64,000 bases of DNA from Cyanophora paradoxa CCMP329 (taxonomy: Eukaryota > Plantae > Glaucophyta), in assembly GCA_004431415.1 (NCBI GenBank), contig QPMI01000102.1, positions 62,001-126,000 of the forward strand, given 5' to 3'. Position numbers and translations under genes: made by a program. Positions 62,972-64,000 of the stretch are shown here, piece by piece. Within the stretch, counting starts at the first letter, position 1. Each line of letters begins with the position of its first letter. The notes beneath the pieces are model-generated. The model did not search any database, was not told the origin of the DNA, and saw only the letters and a list, made by a program, of their open reading frames with translations.

Positions 62972-64000
62972 CTAAGAGGGGGGCGCCGCATCATCGTCCC
63001 CGGCGTCCTCCATCTCGTCCTGTACCCCCTCCTGCTGCTGCTCCTCCCGCTCCTCCTCCACCAGATCGGCCTCCCCGCCCGCCGCCTCCGCGCCCTGGGG
63101 GTACAGTGCGCGTCAGAAGCGGCGACGGCGGGCGCGCGGGGCTGGGCGAGGGGGGTACGGCACCTCGTCGGCGGCCTCGCCCTCCCCGGCGTCCTCGAGC
63201 ATGTCGGTACCCTCCCCCGCCTCGGCTCCCTCCTCGCCGACGGCCTCCGCCTCCTCGTCGGCCAGCGCGGCGGCCGGCGCCGGAGGCTTGGCAGGGCTCT
63301 CGGCGGGGGCCGACGCGGGCGCAGCAGCCGCCGCCGCGGCCGCGGTGGCCTTGATGAGAGCGGCGGCGGCCTTGGTGATGCGGCGGCCGGGCCCGGAGAG
63401 GGCGGCCGCGGCGTGCGCCTCACTGCGGGCGCGGCGCGGTCAGAGGCGGGTCGATAGCGGGCGCCGGAGAGGCGAGGGCTGACCTGGAGCCGGCCGCGGC
63501 CTCCGAATCCGGGACCGCCGGCTGCGGGGCCGGCGACTCGCCGGGGTACGCCCCGCGCTCCTCGCCCGCGTCGGCCGGCGGGAGCGGGGGGCTACCCAGC
63601 GACGCTAGGAACGCGTCCGCAGCGCTCGGGGCCTGCACCGCGTGAGAAAAAAAGGGGGGGGCGAGCAAGGGGGTACGCGAACCGCGGTCGGGGCCTCGTC
63701 GGCGGCCGCTCCCTCCGCGCCCGCCGCCTCGCCCTCGCCGCCCTCCTCGGCCGCGCCCGCAGCAGCCGCAGCCGCGTCGGCCTCCGCCTCTTCCTGCGCC
63801 TGCACCTCGGCTTCCATCTGAGCCGCCGCCGCATCCTCCTCCTCCTGAGCAGCAGCCGCCTCCTCGGCCGCCGCCGCCGCCTCCTCCGCGGCCGCAGCAG
63901 CAGCGGCGGCGGCGGCGGCAGGCGCCGCTGCCGCCGCAGTGGTCTCCATAGGCTCCGGCTCCTCAACAGCGGCCGGCGCCGGCGCCGGCGAGGGCACGGG
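62972..64000 (-). CDS. 3' end of an acidic, Ala/Glu-rich low-complexity protein (continues beyond the window)
   Basis: Exons VEEPEPMETTAAAA…EEAAAAQEEEDAA and …EGVQDEMEDAGDDDAAPPS*. Confidence 0.6.

Overview
Gene-dense, GC-rich eukaryotic nuclear DNA with many short spliceosomal introns (GT-AG plus frequent GC-AG) and mostly head-to-head gene pairs. A full axonemal dynein together with plastid-type proteins carrying Phe-containing transit peptides and no signal peptide suggests a flagellated primary-plastid alga, most likely a glaucophyte (Cyanophora-like; inference). About 23 genes could be assembled by hand across introns, so boundaries are approximate. They include ELM1-like, STPG1-like, a tandem-GAF protein, WBP2-like, a non-RD Pelle/RLK-type kinase with WD40 repeats, SRP19, Stm1/SERBP1, MINDY4, plastid EF-P, alpha-tubulin, SAMHD1-like, an inner-arm dynein heavy chain, CGL160/AtpI-like, prohibitin, MED4 and iPGM. 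The most striking signal is a stereotyped DNA-scarring process. An inverted duplicate of the SRP19/Stm1 promoter region differs from its parent by eight micro-insertions that turn a trinucleotide X into X-X'-X or X-c-X'-g-X (X' = reverse complement of X). The same signature saturates certain introns, 3' ends and intergenic spacers. It resembles hairpin-mediated excision footprints of a DNA transposon with a 3-bp target-site duplication. A strongly enriched GGGGTAC/GTACCCC motif is a second unexplained pattern.
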